This document shows, one piece after another, positions 52,601 to 64,000 of a stretch of DNA of 64,000 nucleotides; the first letter of the stretch is position 1; each line of letters begins with the position of its first letter. A program made the translations under genes and the position numbers. This DNA is from Mobula hypostoma (taxonomy: Eukaryota): contig NC_086108.1 of assembly GCF_963921235.1 (NCBI RefSeq), forward strand, positions 39,620,001-39,684,000. The letters are read 5' to 3'. The notes under the pieces are model-generated. The model was not told the origin of the DNA and made no database searches. It saw only the letters and a list, made by a program, of their open reading frames with translations.

Positions 52601-53672
52601 TTCAACCTTAGGCGCCTGCAGGCAGTTACAAAGGTGCAAGAGACTGTCATCAGAGACTTGTTGTTTGCTGATGACTGCGCACTCAACGCCAGCACAGAGC
52701 AGGAGATGCAGCGTGAAATGGACTGCTTCTCACAAGCCTGCAACAACTTCGGTCTCACTATCAGCACCAAAAAGACCGAAGTTATGTACCAGCCTGCCCC
52801 AGGAAAGCCATACCAGGAGCTGCGCATCACGGTGAAGGGCCAGAACCTCCAGGCAGCCGACAACTTCACCTACCTGGGCAGCATACTCTCTTGCGCAGTG
52901 AATATCGACGCTGAGGTCAACAACAGGATTGCCAAAGCCAGCGCCGCCTTTGGGAGACTCTGTGAGAACGTCTGGGAGCGGAGAGGACTCAGCCTTACCA
53001 CCAAGCTGAAGGTCTACTTTGCAGTGGTCCTTACCACCCTCCTTTACGCCAGTGAGACCTGGACTGTCTACAGCAGACACGCCAAACAGCTCAACCACTT
53101 TCACCTGAGCTGTCTCCGCAGACTCCTCCACATCAGGTGGCAGGACAAAGTCCCCGACACGGAAATCCTGGAACGAGCTGGGCTCTGCAGCGTTTATACC
53201 CTCCTGCTGAAAGCCCAAGCCAGGTGGGCTGGAAATGTGGTCAGACTGCCAGACAGCCGATTGCCTAAGCAGCTGCTGTACGGAGAACTGTGTCAGGGCA
53301 AGCGCTCAGTCGGGGGGCAGAAGAAACGCTACAAAGACTGTCTCAAAGCGTCCCTCAAAGGCCTGGGTGTCGACATCAACACGTGGGAGACGCTTGCCCT
53401 CGACCGTCCAGCTTGGCACAGCAAGATCACCACAGGAGCCCGTGCAGCTGAAGTCAGGCGCATCATTGAGGCGCAACGAAAGCGTGCTGTGCGCAAGGCC
53501 CGAGCAGCATCCACTGCCACGACAGCACCCACCCACTTGTGTCCCACATGTGGGCGAGCCTTCAGGGCCCGGATTGGCCTCATCAGTCACCTCCGGACCC
53601 ACAGCCACCAATCTCCCATTTGACTTTGAAGCCATGGTCATCTTCGACTACGAAGGACGAACAACAACAACA
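49633..53672 (+). mobile_element. Full-length RTE-clade LINE (5' boundary approximate)
   Basis: Single long APE-RT ORF, ~40-bp 3' UTR, (ACA)n tail at 53661-53672. Confidence 0.9.
50366..53623 (+). CDS. RTE polyprotein: APE endonuclease, RT and C-terminal C2H2 finger (first ATG at 50414)
   Basis: Uninterrupted 1085-codon ORF: GTWNVRTL, YAPT, GDFNA, TDH; KAPGPD, DLTKAFD, KQGCVLAP, LFADD; CPTCGRAFRARIGLISHLRTH. Confidence 0.96.
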   Translation: MGIPHSGRPTTVKKKVMVLTLGTWNVRTLRDNIKADRPERRTALVAKELARYNVDIAALSETPPTDKGQLTERSGGYTFFWSGRSSAERREAGVGFAINSNLARKLIKHPESINDRLMTLQLPLANKKSATLISAYAPTMTNPDDIKDKFYEELDALISAIPQSEKLIILGDFNARVGTDYQTWEGIIGRHGTGKCNNNGLLLLKTCATHDLVITNTLFRLHTCKKTSWMHPRSKHWHLIDYIITRKRDRMDVRVTRAMCGADCWTDHRLIVSKFRLRILPMRRPQGQKTAKRLNVSKLKSGRVAEELVDDLEGRLSDTPQDDGTSVEEQWTAFRDAVYTTALEHLGPAARRNQDWFDENDEEIQALLTVKHQHYRAHQNDPTSLAKKDAFTNARRKVQKKFCEMQDSWFSKKADEIQGYADSYNIKRFYDALKAVYGPQSSGSSPLLNADETQLLTEKKQILDRWAEHFNNVLNRPADINDEAIAHLPQVEINKNLDTLPTVDEVRKGVKQLSCGKAPGPDAIPAEVYKAGGPIMMQKLTVLFQSMWKKGQVPQQLKDASIVRIYKRKGNRQSCDSHRGISLLSIAGKILARVLLNRFLQHLEQGLLPESQCGFRAERGTADMIFAARQLQEKCQEQHSDLFVTFVDLTKAFDTVSREGLWKIMEKFGCPSKFITIVRQFHDGMMVKVLDDGDKSEAFPVTNGIKQGCVLAPTLFSMVFSAMLTDAFHNYEEGIHVRYRTDGRLFNLRRLQAVTKVQETVIRDLLFADDCALNASTEQEMQREMDCFSQACNNFGLTISTKKTEVMYQPAPGKPYQELRITVKGQNLQAADNFTYLGSILSCAVNIDAEVNNRIAKASAAFGRLCENVWERRGLSLTTKLKVYFAVVLTTLLYASETWTVYSRHAKQLNHFHLSCLRRLLHIRWQDKVPDTEILERAGLCSVYTLLLKAQARWAGNVVRLPDSRLPKQLLYGELCQGKRSVGGQKKRYKDCLKASLKGLGVDINTWETLALDRPAWHSKITTGARAAEVRRIIEAQRKRAVRKARAASTATTAPTHLCPTCGRAFRARIGLISHLRTHSHQSPI

Positions 53673-54939
53673 TCTTGCTAATATAGTAATTGAAACATAG
53701 CACAAGTCACAAATCATTTACCATATGCATATAATTATGTTCATTCAGTTCTATTGTGCATCTGTACAGAATACAGAGATTTGTAGCTATTCACCTAGAT
53801 TGGACCTGCTGTGATTTTTTTAAAGCACTGTAGTTAATTTATTGAATCACTTAAACAATGGGCAGCATTTCTGAAAAGTAGATTCAATCATGTAGGCAGG
53901 CCAGAAAATTGAGGACATGTACTGTGTCAGTGAGAGATACTTCCTAAAACCACTTCAACATATTATGTTAAAATGTCAATTTGCTAAAGTGGTGTTATTT
54001 GCATGTTTCTGCATAAAATGTTTTGCCTTATTGCACTCTACTAATGAACACCTGTATTTGAAAGAGCACTAAAAAATGTTATTTTTCTCTGTTTGATTTC
54101 ATTATAGGTAATATAACCACACATATTTTTGACATCAGTGGTTGTGCTCCCACCAAAAATAAAAATTATAGCATTCTGTTGACAGGTGAAATTATTATTA
54201 TACACACAGTAGCAAGGTTGATATAAAAAGGATTGCTCACAGTAATTGAGCAATAAATAAGACATATCCCTTTTAAGGTTTCTTTGTATGTAGAACCCTT
54301 GGGTTAGGCCTGAAAAATATACCTAATGTCAAACCCATCTTGCTAATTTCAAAAATGTTTTTTCAGTCTCATAAAATATCAAAATTTAAAATGAGCATAT
54401 AAAATGTAATTCAGTGCTAAGCTTAAATTACTTGAACCTTGAAATTGGAATTTGCCCTTTTTTTTTAGAGTGCTCAGCATGTGTTGTATATCACACTAAT
54501 ATCCAATAAAATGCCTTACAAAAAATTCTGAAAGTGACCAGAAATACATTGGGGCTATTGTTAATTACAGGCAGAATCATGTGTTGAAGTACAGCCTGTG
54601 CTGTCCTGAATGGGACTGTACTCATTATAGTGCACTTGCGTAATAATATTTCTATATTCTAACTGAGAAAAGTGACAGCTCTTAACGGCACATTCCCCAA
54701 GACAACCTGATACCAGCAATACACACCAGGGCAGTAGTGGAGGAAAGAGGGAGCTTGTGGGTGAGAAAAGGGCAGAAATTGTAGATCTAGTGAAAGGGAT
54801 ACGGTGAGATAAAAGCAAGGAGGGAGGCAAAGAGACCTGTAATGGCCACAACAGGAAGAACCTAGCAGAAGGTGACGCTGAGAGACTTTGAAGGTATGAG
54901 AATCCCCTGTTATTCCAGTAATGCAGAAACAAATTTCAC

Positions 54940-56215
54940 ATCATAGAACAGAGATTAGTACAGCACAGGAACAAGCTGTCGGCCCACAATATTGTGCTGA
55001 ACCAGCTAAAAAGCAACTCAAATACACCCTCATACTAATCCCTCCTACCTATACTATCTGCATATCCCTCCATCTTCCTTACAACATGTGCCTACCCAAA
55101 TGTCTCTTAGAAAACTCTAATGTATTTGTCTCTACTGCCATACCAGGCAGCACAGTCCAAGCATCCACGACTCGCAGAGTGGCGGGAGGAGAAGAGAAGC
55201 AGTGTGCCGCGCGTGCGCAGCCCTCCGATGAAAAATGATATCGTATCTGTTGAATAGGGGCTGTGGACAATTCTGATTTGATGAAGATGGACGTGAAAGC
55301 ACAGAGGAACAACTGGAAAAATTTCTGAAACGCTCGTTCGCTGCTGTTGTTACTGCGTGATCGGGAATCTTTCGGCGGGTAGGCCTCAAAATCCCCGGCT
55401 TTGCCTGCTGTTGGCGACCGAGAAGGAGGTCGAATCGTTCAGATAGTGATGGCGCTTAGCACTCAGTGTCGGAGAGCTGATCAGAGCTCGAAGTTTTCGG
55501 ATGACTCAGAGTTGGACCGTGGTTGGGTATGGCAGGGAGAGTTTTTCTTCCTGCTCTCCGTCTACCTGAAATGTGGGACTTTACTGTGCTCATGGACTTC
55601 TTCATCAAGTTATGGTATCGTTGCAGTGTTGTAACTATATGTTATAATTATGTGGTTTTGTTAGTTTTTTTCAGTCTTGGTCTGTCCTGTGTTTTGTGAT
55701 ATCACACCGGAGTAAATATTGTATCATTTCTTAATGCATGCATTACTAACTGACAATAAAAGAGGACTGTGTGTCTTCATAATCTAAAAAAAACTTACCC
55801 CTCACATCCTCCTTGAAGCTATCCCCTCCCACCTTCAATACATGCCCTCTGGTACAGTATTGGACTTTTCAACCTTGGGAAACAGATAATCTCAATCCAC
55901 TTTAACTATACCTCTCATAATCTTGTACACCTCTATCAGATCTCCTCTCAGCCTCCAACACCCCAGAGAAAGCAACCCAAGTTTATCCAGCCTCTTGTGA
56001 GAACACATGCCTTCTAAACCAGGCAGCATCCTGGTAAAACTCTTCTGCACCCTCTCTAAAGCTTCAATATCCTTTCTATAGTGAGCAACTAGAACTGTAT
56101 GCAATGCTCCAGATGTGACCAACCAGAGTTTTATAAAGTTGCAACATAATCTCCATTTGAACTCAATGCCTCAACTAATAAAAGCAAGCATTCCATAAGC
56201 CTTCTTAACCACCTC
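54940..56215 (-). mobile_element. CR1 3' fragment interrupted by a younger insert
   Basis: ORF 55892..56122 HYRKDIEALERVQKSFTRMLPGL; resumes as RVVDAWTVLP at ~55170-55080. Confidence 0.85.
55172..55787 (+). mobile_element. Non-coding non-autonomous retroelement (family of 47809-48480)
   Basis: Shares ctgatttgatg, gagctcgaagttttcgga and taatgcatgcatt...gacaataaa...cataatctaa blocks. Confidence 0.75.
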
Positions 56216-57334
56216 ACAAAATATATAAGAGTACACCAGAAATGAAAGTTAACTGAGATAGACTAGTACATCAGATTGAGTCAGTGTGAATGGGTTAAAA
56301 TATTAGCAATACAACTGTGCTAATATGGAGCTTGATAGTTTCATCCGAATGAAGATAGTTTCAGCAAGCTAATTAGGTCATTAGAATGGGGATTTCCTTC
56401 ATTCATGTCTGCACATGGATCTGCAAAGGAGAAAATGAGGCTCTATTACCTGTCATCTGGGGTCTGTTGGGAGAGTATTGGTTAGTGCCCATGATGGGCA
56501 CTGGCCTCCTCAGCATTCAGGGCATCTTCAAGGAGTGATGCCTCGAAAAGGTGGCATCCATCATTAAGGACCCCCATCACCTGAATGGACATTGAACCCA
56601 TGAACACTGCCTCACTACTTCTTTTCTTTTTGAACTACTTATTTAATTTAATTTTTAAATTATATATACTTCTTACTGTAATTTACAATAATAACAATGT
56701 TTTTATTATGTATTGCAATGTACATTTGGATAGGCACATGGATGAAATTTGCACAGCAACAAATTTCACAACATATGCCAGTGATATTAAATCTGATTTT
56801 GATTCATAACTATGTTTTTAAAGAGTAGAGTGTGAAGAGGGTCACTTTATTTGGATTGGGGACTTTGATCTAACAACAGCCTTGTGAAATATTTGTATTA
56901 AAGAGTCCCTTACTGTCACTGTCTTCAGTGACGGTAGTCTTCTTGATGGTATATTGCTGGGCTAACTTTTCAGTCCTCTTGCTACTGCTGTTCTTCACAT
57001 TGCCCCGTGTGACCCTCAAACACTGGTCTCCATTCTACTCTTCCTTCAGCTGCTGTCTTTGGTTGGCTAGGTCATGTCACATAAAGCTCACAATGTTGTC
57101 TCGGTATCTGTCACACATTATATGGGAAGATGCCGCTGAACTGACTTTGGCACCGGAAACCCAAGGCATCTTCCACAAGTTCCCATCCTTTGTGGCCCCT
57201 ATCGTGATGGTACTCAGCATTGTGATAGTACTGCAGGTTGTTGTCAGGAGTCAGGGAAACAGAAGTTAGCCCTCATCACCAAGGATCCATCTCTCCAGAT
57301 ATTGTTAGCTAAGTCTGGCAATCTAATGTTTTCA

Positions 57335-57640
57335 TAGAATTGTAGACTTGTACAGCAAAGAAGCTGATCCTTCATCCCATTGAGTTTGTCCTGACCATCA
57401 ACCACCCACTTGAAACAAGCTCATTCTCCCTACAATCCCATCAATTCATCCTAGACCCTATGATTCATCAGACACTAGGGACAATTGACAGTGGAAGGTT
57501 AACGTCCCAACCCATGTTGTGGGATGTGGGAAGAAAGTATAGGCCCCGGAGGGAACCCACACAGTGGCATAGGAGGATATGCAATCACCACACAGACAGC
57601 ACCAGAGATCACAAGCTATTAGAACTCACGCCACCGTGCT
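57335..57640 (-). mobile_element. Degenerate SINE
   Basis: Reverse complement has a SINE-type core and CR1-like tail. Confidence 0.5.
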
Positions 57641-57874
57641 CCCCTTGTCTTAACAGTTGATAGATGGATGTTGAAATATTAAATATTATGAAAACCTCCG
57701 AGTTTCCAGTGTGACATATTTTGATCAGTTAATCTGTGTATTTTATGCCAGAATATTGCTGGGTACAAATTACTACCAGCACTGTACTGCTGCTGCAAAA
57801 ACAACAAATTTCATATAATTGATTATAACTGACTCTGAGTTAACATTTGGTCATAATGTTGCATAAAAGCTGGT

Positions 57875-58269
57875 GTCACTGTTTCAAAGAGTTGAACTGC
57901 ACGTGCATGTAACGAGAGTGTCTTGGACCTCCAGGTGGTCCACAGCAGGGGTGATTGATAAGTTCATGGCCTAAGGTGGAAGGAGACGAATTATACAGCT
58001 CTCGTTACATGCACATGCAGTTCAACTCTGAGTGAAAATGCAGAAAGTTTGAAGTTAATAAATCATCTCTGTCTACCTTAGGCCACGAACTTATCAATCA
58101 CCCTTGCTGTGGACCACTTGCTGGAGGTCTAAGACGCCAACTTCTACAAAGAAGGGATCCCTATGCTCCATCATGGACTAAGTGTGTAAATGTAGGAAAA
58201 ATAAATGTGCTAGGTTTTCTAAAATTGACTCCTTCTACCTTAGGTCATGAACTTATCAATCACCCCTCT
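57875..58269. mobile_element. Mariner-type MITE remnant with interleaved inverted repeats
   Basis: Three copies of aggggtgattgataagttc(a/g)tggcctaaggt (57947 +, ~58075 -, ~58237 -); the last ends ...cacccctct+TA. Confidence 0.65.
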
Positions 58270-59109
58270 TATATCTTGGTGCAGCTTTTAAAGCTACTTG
58301 CTTCAAAATAGTTGTAAGAAATATATAGATCTACATACAGTATATACAGTAGGTCAAAGCTGGAGATTAAATGTAATTTTCTAATCTAATTTGCTGTGAA
58401 GAAATTTCAGCCTTTCACATCAGGGTTCATTTCCAGGAACGTATATTCACAATGATAATCTTTGATCTTTACACCTGCCGATTTGGTCTGTGACTGTCAG
58501 AGACTCTTCACTAAAGTGGCATAAGGAAACTAGCAAAGCCTTTCTGAAACTTTCACTACAAGAATCCAAGTATTGCCATTTGTTTCAATTAAAACCTGCA
58601 GTTACAGGTAAGGTTCCTATGATTGAGTGAGTAACTGTGAGGACAAGATGTTGATATTATAAATGTACAGATAGCAGTTCTTCCAATTTAATTGTTCAGG
58701 TAGTGATGAAGAACAATACCTACATAACACCATGACTAGAATTTCACACTTCATAACATTCCCACTTGAACAAATTTAGGATTAAGTTATGTTATTTTTA
58801 ACTGAAAAGAAACATTTACTGTTGTACAAGTAGAGGTAGTTGCATCTTCACAAAGCAAAAACGTTGAATGTAGCACATACAGATAATTACAATTGTTAAC
58901 AATGAACAACAGTCATTATTGGTGTTTTTTTTGCACATTTATGGAAAAGTATAAAAATGCATAATCCCTGTACTCCTGGAGATCATCCCTTAAAATGCCA
59001 ATGGATTAAAATACTAACATGCTTGCTTTAAATGACCATTATATGTTGATAAATAAGGTAATTACTAGGCTAATGTCTCCACAATAGACTCAAAGAATTA
59101 AAGATACAC

Positions 59110-61965
59110 GTGGACTAAGATGTTAACTGTCCTGTGCTATCACCAGTGGGATCATCAGTTGATCTGCCACCTGTCTTCAGGAGTTTTGGCCCGCTTATGA
59201 TCAAGACTCCCTCGAGGTGCCTCTATCAGAGTTGTTGGTCCCTTCCATCCAACAGATAGTCTACTCTTTGGGTGTCGATGCAACTACTGAAGGATTTGCA
59301 AAAGATGTTTGCACTGTCCGACTATCTGCCCCTCTGGACATACTTGGTCCACACCCATGATGATCCCATCTCTGCTGCCTCAGTTACAGCCCTGCTGGTT
59401 GACTTGATCTCCCTTCTAGTGAAGCCAAGGTCACACAGCCACTTCTGGAAAGTGAACGCAATAAACCCACGGCAGCCTACTTCGAATGGATAGCATGAGA
59501 CCTTCCACCCTCTGTCTCTGCACTCTGATCTTAACTCTGCATACTTGGTTAACTTACGCTCATGGGCTTCATCGATGTTGTCTTCCCAGGGGACTGTGAG
59601 TTCACCAATAACCATTTCTCTATTGCTGTCAGATCATACGATTATATCTGGATGCAATGTGGTGAAAGCTATTTGCTCCGGGAAACTGCCTTTCCCGTCC
59701 AGGTCAGCCTTGACACACCAGTCATTGGCTGAAGAAAGTATGCTTGATCGTGAGCCTGCGCTGTACACCCTTGACTTGGAGCCTTCTTTCACAAATGATA
59801 TGCGATGTTCTGTGCAACATGGGACATGAGATAAGTTATGCTGCAGTATTCTCTGCTCAGCCGCTTCTGTTACAACTTTGAGAACATTGTTATGTCTCCA
59901 AGTGTACATGCCGCTGGAAAGATTGACTCTGCATGCACTCAAAATATGTTGAAGTGTTCCCTTCTCGCCACAAGCAGCACACCTGTCTGTCTTATCTTCA
60001 TACCAGGTGCTGAGGTTGGCAGGTGTTGGGAACAGATCGTATGCTGCTCTGCATAGAAAAGAGATGCGGAGCGGTTCCATCTGCCACAGAACATTCCAAG
60101 ATAGATGTCGTTGTTCAACACTTTCCCACCAGTTCCAAGACCCTTGTATGGCCAGGCCAGCTGTTTTAGCTAACCTCTGCTCCTCTTCTACCTCTCGTAA
60201 TTTTTGAGTTACAAGCTCACGGCGCTCCTTACCTGTAGAAGATGACCACCACTTGTGGGTTGTCCATCCAAGTCCCTGGCGGCCTCACTGGATAGCCCCA
60301 ACCGTCTCCTTGTGGTTCAATCTAGACTCTGCTTCATCAACTGGTACACGGGCTGAGCACTTCCTGCCTGATCTCACAACTGGCTGGATGTTCTTGATGA
60401 CAGGGTCTTTTGAGTCTCGAAGCATCAAGAATGATCTTACCTTGGCTACCTTGACCTCTTCAACAAGGGATTGCACTGGGATGGTAAGCTTTATCTGGCT
60501 ACTCTGGATTGCAACATTGGTGAGGCTGATTGGTACTCCAAGCCACTTCTTCACATACTTGTTGATCTTCTGCTCCATTGCCTCAACATGGGACTTTGCC
60601 ACTTCATAGACAGTTAGTGGCCACATTATCCGTGGCATCAGTCCGTACTGCAAGCACCACAACTTCAACTTGCCAGGCAAGCCACACTTGTCAAAAGACA
60701 TCAAACCTCTGCTGATCTGTTCTCCTGTCTCTTGAACCCTCTTGGTGTCTCTCAGCTCCTCTGTGTACCATCGCCGAGGCTCTTAACTGGATGGTCCTGA
60801 ATGGATGGAATCTCCTCTCCACAAAGGGTGAAATGAAAGTCAACCAGCTTTCCTCTCCTAAGAACAAGGCTCCTTGACTTCTTGGTCTTGAACTTCATTC
60901 TTCCCCAATCCATTGGCTCCTCGAGTCTAGATGGTACATTTTCCACTGCCTCCATGCTGGGACCCAAAAGGGTAAGATCAGCCATGAACGCTCGTTTGGT
61001 GGTAACTCCCCTCCGCCATCAAGTGCGACACCTGGTCCCACTGATTCTGCAGCCCTCACAATGACCTCCATGGCTAACACAAAAAGGATGGGTGAAATCG
61101 CACATCCCATTGGGATTCCAACATCCAAGCTCTGCCACCTAGTTGTAAACTGCTGAGTAGAAAACCTCATCCGGAAATTGTAGTAACAACAAAGTTCCTC
61201 ACCTTAGCAGGAATCCATAGGAATTCCATCGCAAACTCAATCAGGACATGGGGAACAAAACCATATGCATTTGCCAGATCAAGCAAAACTACAGCCAGAT
61301 TTCTTCTCAACCTTTTCGACTCCTGGATGGTATGCCATATCATACTAGAATGTTCAAGGCATCCTGGGAAGCCTGGTATTCCTGCCTTCAGCACAGATGT
61401 CTTTACCAATCCATTCTCTATCACAAATGAAGATATTCTTTCTGCCAGAATGCCAAACATAATCTTCCCCTCTACATTCAGGAGTGAAATTGGTCGGAAC
61501 TGATTCAATGTAGTAGAATTCTCTTCCTTCGGGATGTATACTCCTTCAGCCTCACTCCATGACAAAGAAACAACACCTTGTGTCCACACCACCTTTAACA
61601 ATCTCCACAAGTACTTCCTCAGCTCTTCACACTTCTTGAACACCTTATACAGCACTCCATTAGGTCCTGGCACTGAGCCTGACCTTGTCTTTCTGATGAA
61701 CCGTTCGACTTCTCCCAGTTTGGGTTCTGACAGATCGAACTTCACTCCTGGCTTGGTAGGCTTCACAAGCCCTGAAATGTCAAGCAAAGGAGCCTCCCGC
61801 TGTTCGTTAGAGTAAGTGCTTGCCAGGTGATCCTTAAGTTCTTGTTGAGAGATGTTAAGCTGCCCGCTCTTACTTTGTTCAAACAGTTTCTTTGAGAACT
61901 TGTGAGGGTTCTCAAAGAACGACATTCTTGCCTTCTCTCTCTTCTTTCTCTTTCTCTTCCTCATC
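59110..61965 (-). mobile_element. 5'-truncated Hero-like RLE non-LTR retrotransposon (frameshifted)
   Basis: RT FRPISLLNVEGK, LDLANAYG, GIPMGCAISP; zinc knuckle CAACGEKGTLQHILSAC; RHN; PDI..ELTVPWE restriction-like endonuclease; EVGCRGF. Confidence 0.9.
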
Positions 61966-63189
61966 AAATGTTATTTTGATGTGAATAATGAGAAATACTC
62001 AGTGCATTAACAAGGAAATTTTAATGTTTTATTCAGTATTTGGATTGGTAATGAAAGGCACATTTATTTAGACATCTGGGAATACCAATAAATTCTGTGT
62101 TTATCATGAAGTGATTTAATCCTAATGATAGCATGAAGATGCACAGTTGTCTCAACACTTAAATGTGAATAACGTGAACACTTTCAAGTTGAGACAAATG
62201 GTGATATACTGTACATTCAAGCAATAACTTGTTAGTTTTTAATCTTACGAAACTGCAGAAACAAACTATGTCCTATTTTATCTTGTTTATTTAATCAACT
62301 GCTTTAATAATTTAACTTAAGTGAAAAGACAGCCTCTATGTATTTACCCATTCACTCATTACTTGACAAGCAGGCAACCCAGCTGACAATTAAGAGGCAA
62401 CTCAAAACACATCCAAATGAAATGGATATATACCTGTACACCTGAAGATAAAAATGTGGAAAGCAATTTATGTGGCAACTCTACATAAATGGTATGAACA
62501 AGTACTTTTTTTTTGTAAACATTACCTATTCTTCCTTCAAGCTATTATGATCAGAGACATCTTTTTAAAAACAGAATAAAACAAGCTTCATTCGACATTG
62601 ATGGAAAGAAATGAGTCAGTACTCTCCTAGAAAGATTTCTTAGCTTTGTATGCCTAGAGTGATGGTGAGGTCAAAAAGCTCACTCATTGCAGAGTTTTTG
62701 CTCTATCTTGTTTTTGCTAAGCTATCATGTTTTCTAGTAGAAATGAAAACCCCAGGAACTGCATTATATTGCAAACTTCAAGTGTTACCTATCAAGGAAG
62801 ACCCTGAAGTATTTCTTTGATCTGGCCTTAAATCAGTCGTTTCAGAGAAATAAAAGGCTTCCAAGTGTCGAGAATATTTTCTAGTACAGCAGAAAAGATG
62901 GAAACTGCAGTGTGTTTTGCTAGATTTATTCACTTTCTGTTTACATATACAACTCTATCCCCACAAAATAGCTAAAACAATTTGAGGTCACTAAATTGCT
63001 TTAAAGGAGAGGATTGTAATCCTCTAAAGTGTAATAAAATGACCAAATATGTCAGTAAGCATTTAACTATTCATTCAAGAAACAGCACACATGCAAACAA
63101 TTCTGCAATAATCCAGGCAGATTCTTAAATTAAAAGCAGAAATTGTCAAAAATATTTCACTATTGCTTTGAAATACTTCAAGCTTTCAG

Positions 63190-63500
63190 GGCATCCCAGT
63201 AGTGTAGCATAATACTATTACAATGCCAGCAATCACTGATCAGGGTTCAATTCCCGCCACTGTCAGTAAGGAGTTTGTATGTTCTGCCTGTGAGAGCATG
63301 CGTTTCCTCTAGGATACTTCAGTTTCCTCCCACGTTCCAAAGATATCCTGTTAGGGTTAGTGAGTTGTGGGTATGCTAGTACCAGAACCATTTCAACACT
63401 TGCAGGCTCAATCCTCATCGATTTGATTTGACTTGACAAAAATGATGCCTTTTACTGTGTATGTTTCAATGTACTTGTGACAAATAAAGTTAATCTTTAC
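63190..63500 (+). mobile_element. tRNA-derived SINE
   Basis: ggttcaattcc B box, taaggagtttgtatgttct core, aataaa tail. Confidence 0.7.
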
Positions 63501-63569
63501 TTGCCTTGACTTAACTTACTCTGATTTTCCTTAAACTGAAAAACATATAGGGGAAAGGTTATCACAATT

Positions 63570-63985
63570 TAAATGCTGGCGCAGTTAGACTGGAAGCCCA
63601 AATGTCGGGTACGGAGGGAAGGATCAGGCAGATCTTGCTCGCTGTCCCATGAATGTTTATTCCTTTCTCTGCGGCGCCGAGGCTGCTATGCATTTTTGCC
63701 CCACTGGTGTGATGAACTGGGGACTGAGGCTCTGGGCTGACTCCAGCTGCTCCATGAGTGGATCTGGGGCTCAGTGCAGTTTGAAACGCTGTTGGCCTGC
63801 TTCCATTGTTTGCACGATGTGTGTGTGATTTTTTCTCGCTCTCTTTCTCTGTGCAGTAGTTTTTGTGTTTTTTTTAATTGAGTTGTTGGGCTTCTTGCTT
63901 TGTGGCTGCCTGTAAGCAGATAAATTTCAAGGTGTATAATTTATACATTCTTTGATAATAAATGTGCTTTGAATTGAATTGAAAG
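63570..63985 (+). repeat. Probable non-autonomous LINE-derived repeat
   Basis: GC-richer head, T-rich 3' part, aataaa followed by a (ttgaa)n tail. Confidence 0.45.
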
Positions 63986-64000
63986 TTACATTTTCAGTGT

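Noticed and set aside
50510..53641. Many antisense and alternate-frame ORFs over the RTE, CR1 and Gypsy coding regions
   Set aside because: Shadow ORFs of the real element ORFs; no independent motifs.
49060..53700. TSD enclosing MCEE plus RTE
   Set aside because: The flanks (acattcttatcagtgatatcgt vs acatcttgctaatatagt) are only loosely similar, so a single insertion is not demonstrated.

Overview
Eukaryotic, repeat-dense genomic DNA. The CR1/SINE/Penelope repertoire suggests a cartilaginous fish, possibly a ray (inference). I found no convincing native host exon; the window is a mosaic of retroelements and DNA transposons. Main observations: (1) A 3.57-kb two-LTR Gypsy element (5060-8625, minus strand) keeps gag and protease, but RT/RNase H/integrase are replaced by an intronless, full-CDS copy of the host gene SUDS3 fused in frame to the protease. 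(2) A GC/CpG-rich, frameshifted methylmalonyl-CoA epimerase (MCEE) fragment sits directly 5' of a full-length RTE LINE with an open 1085-aa ORF (about 49.1-53.7 kb). (3) An 11-kb nest (30596-41600) consists of an old Gypsy element containing an internally deleted Hero-like element, which in turn contains a young Gypsy with no tRNA PBS, an LTR-complementary (self-priming-like) site and a YLDN RT motif. (4) Several Penelope-derived pieces carry minimal hammerhead ribozyme motifs, including short hairpin inserts. Also present: CR1, L1, Tx1 and Hero LINE fragments, tRNA-SINEs, a Tigger remnant and a mariner-type MITE. All homology calls are by eye from recalled motifs; coordinates and mismatch counts are hand-read.
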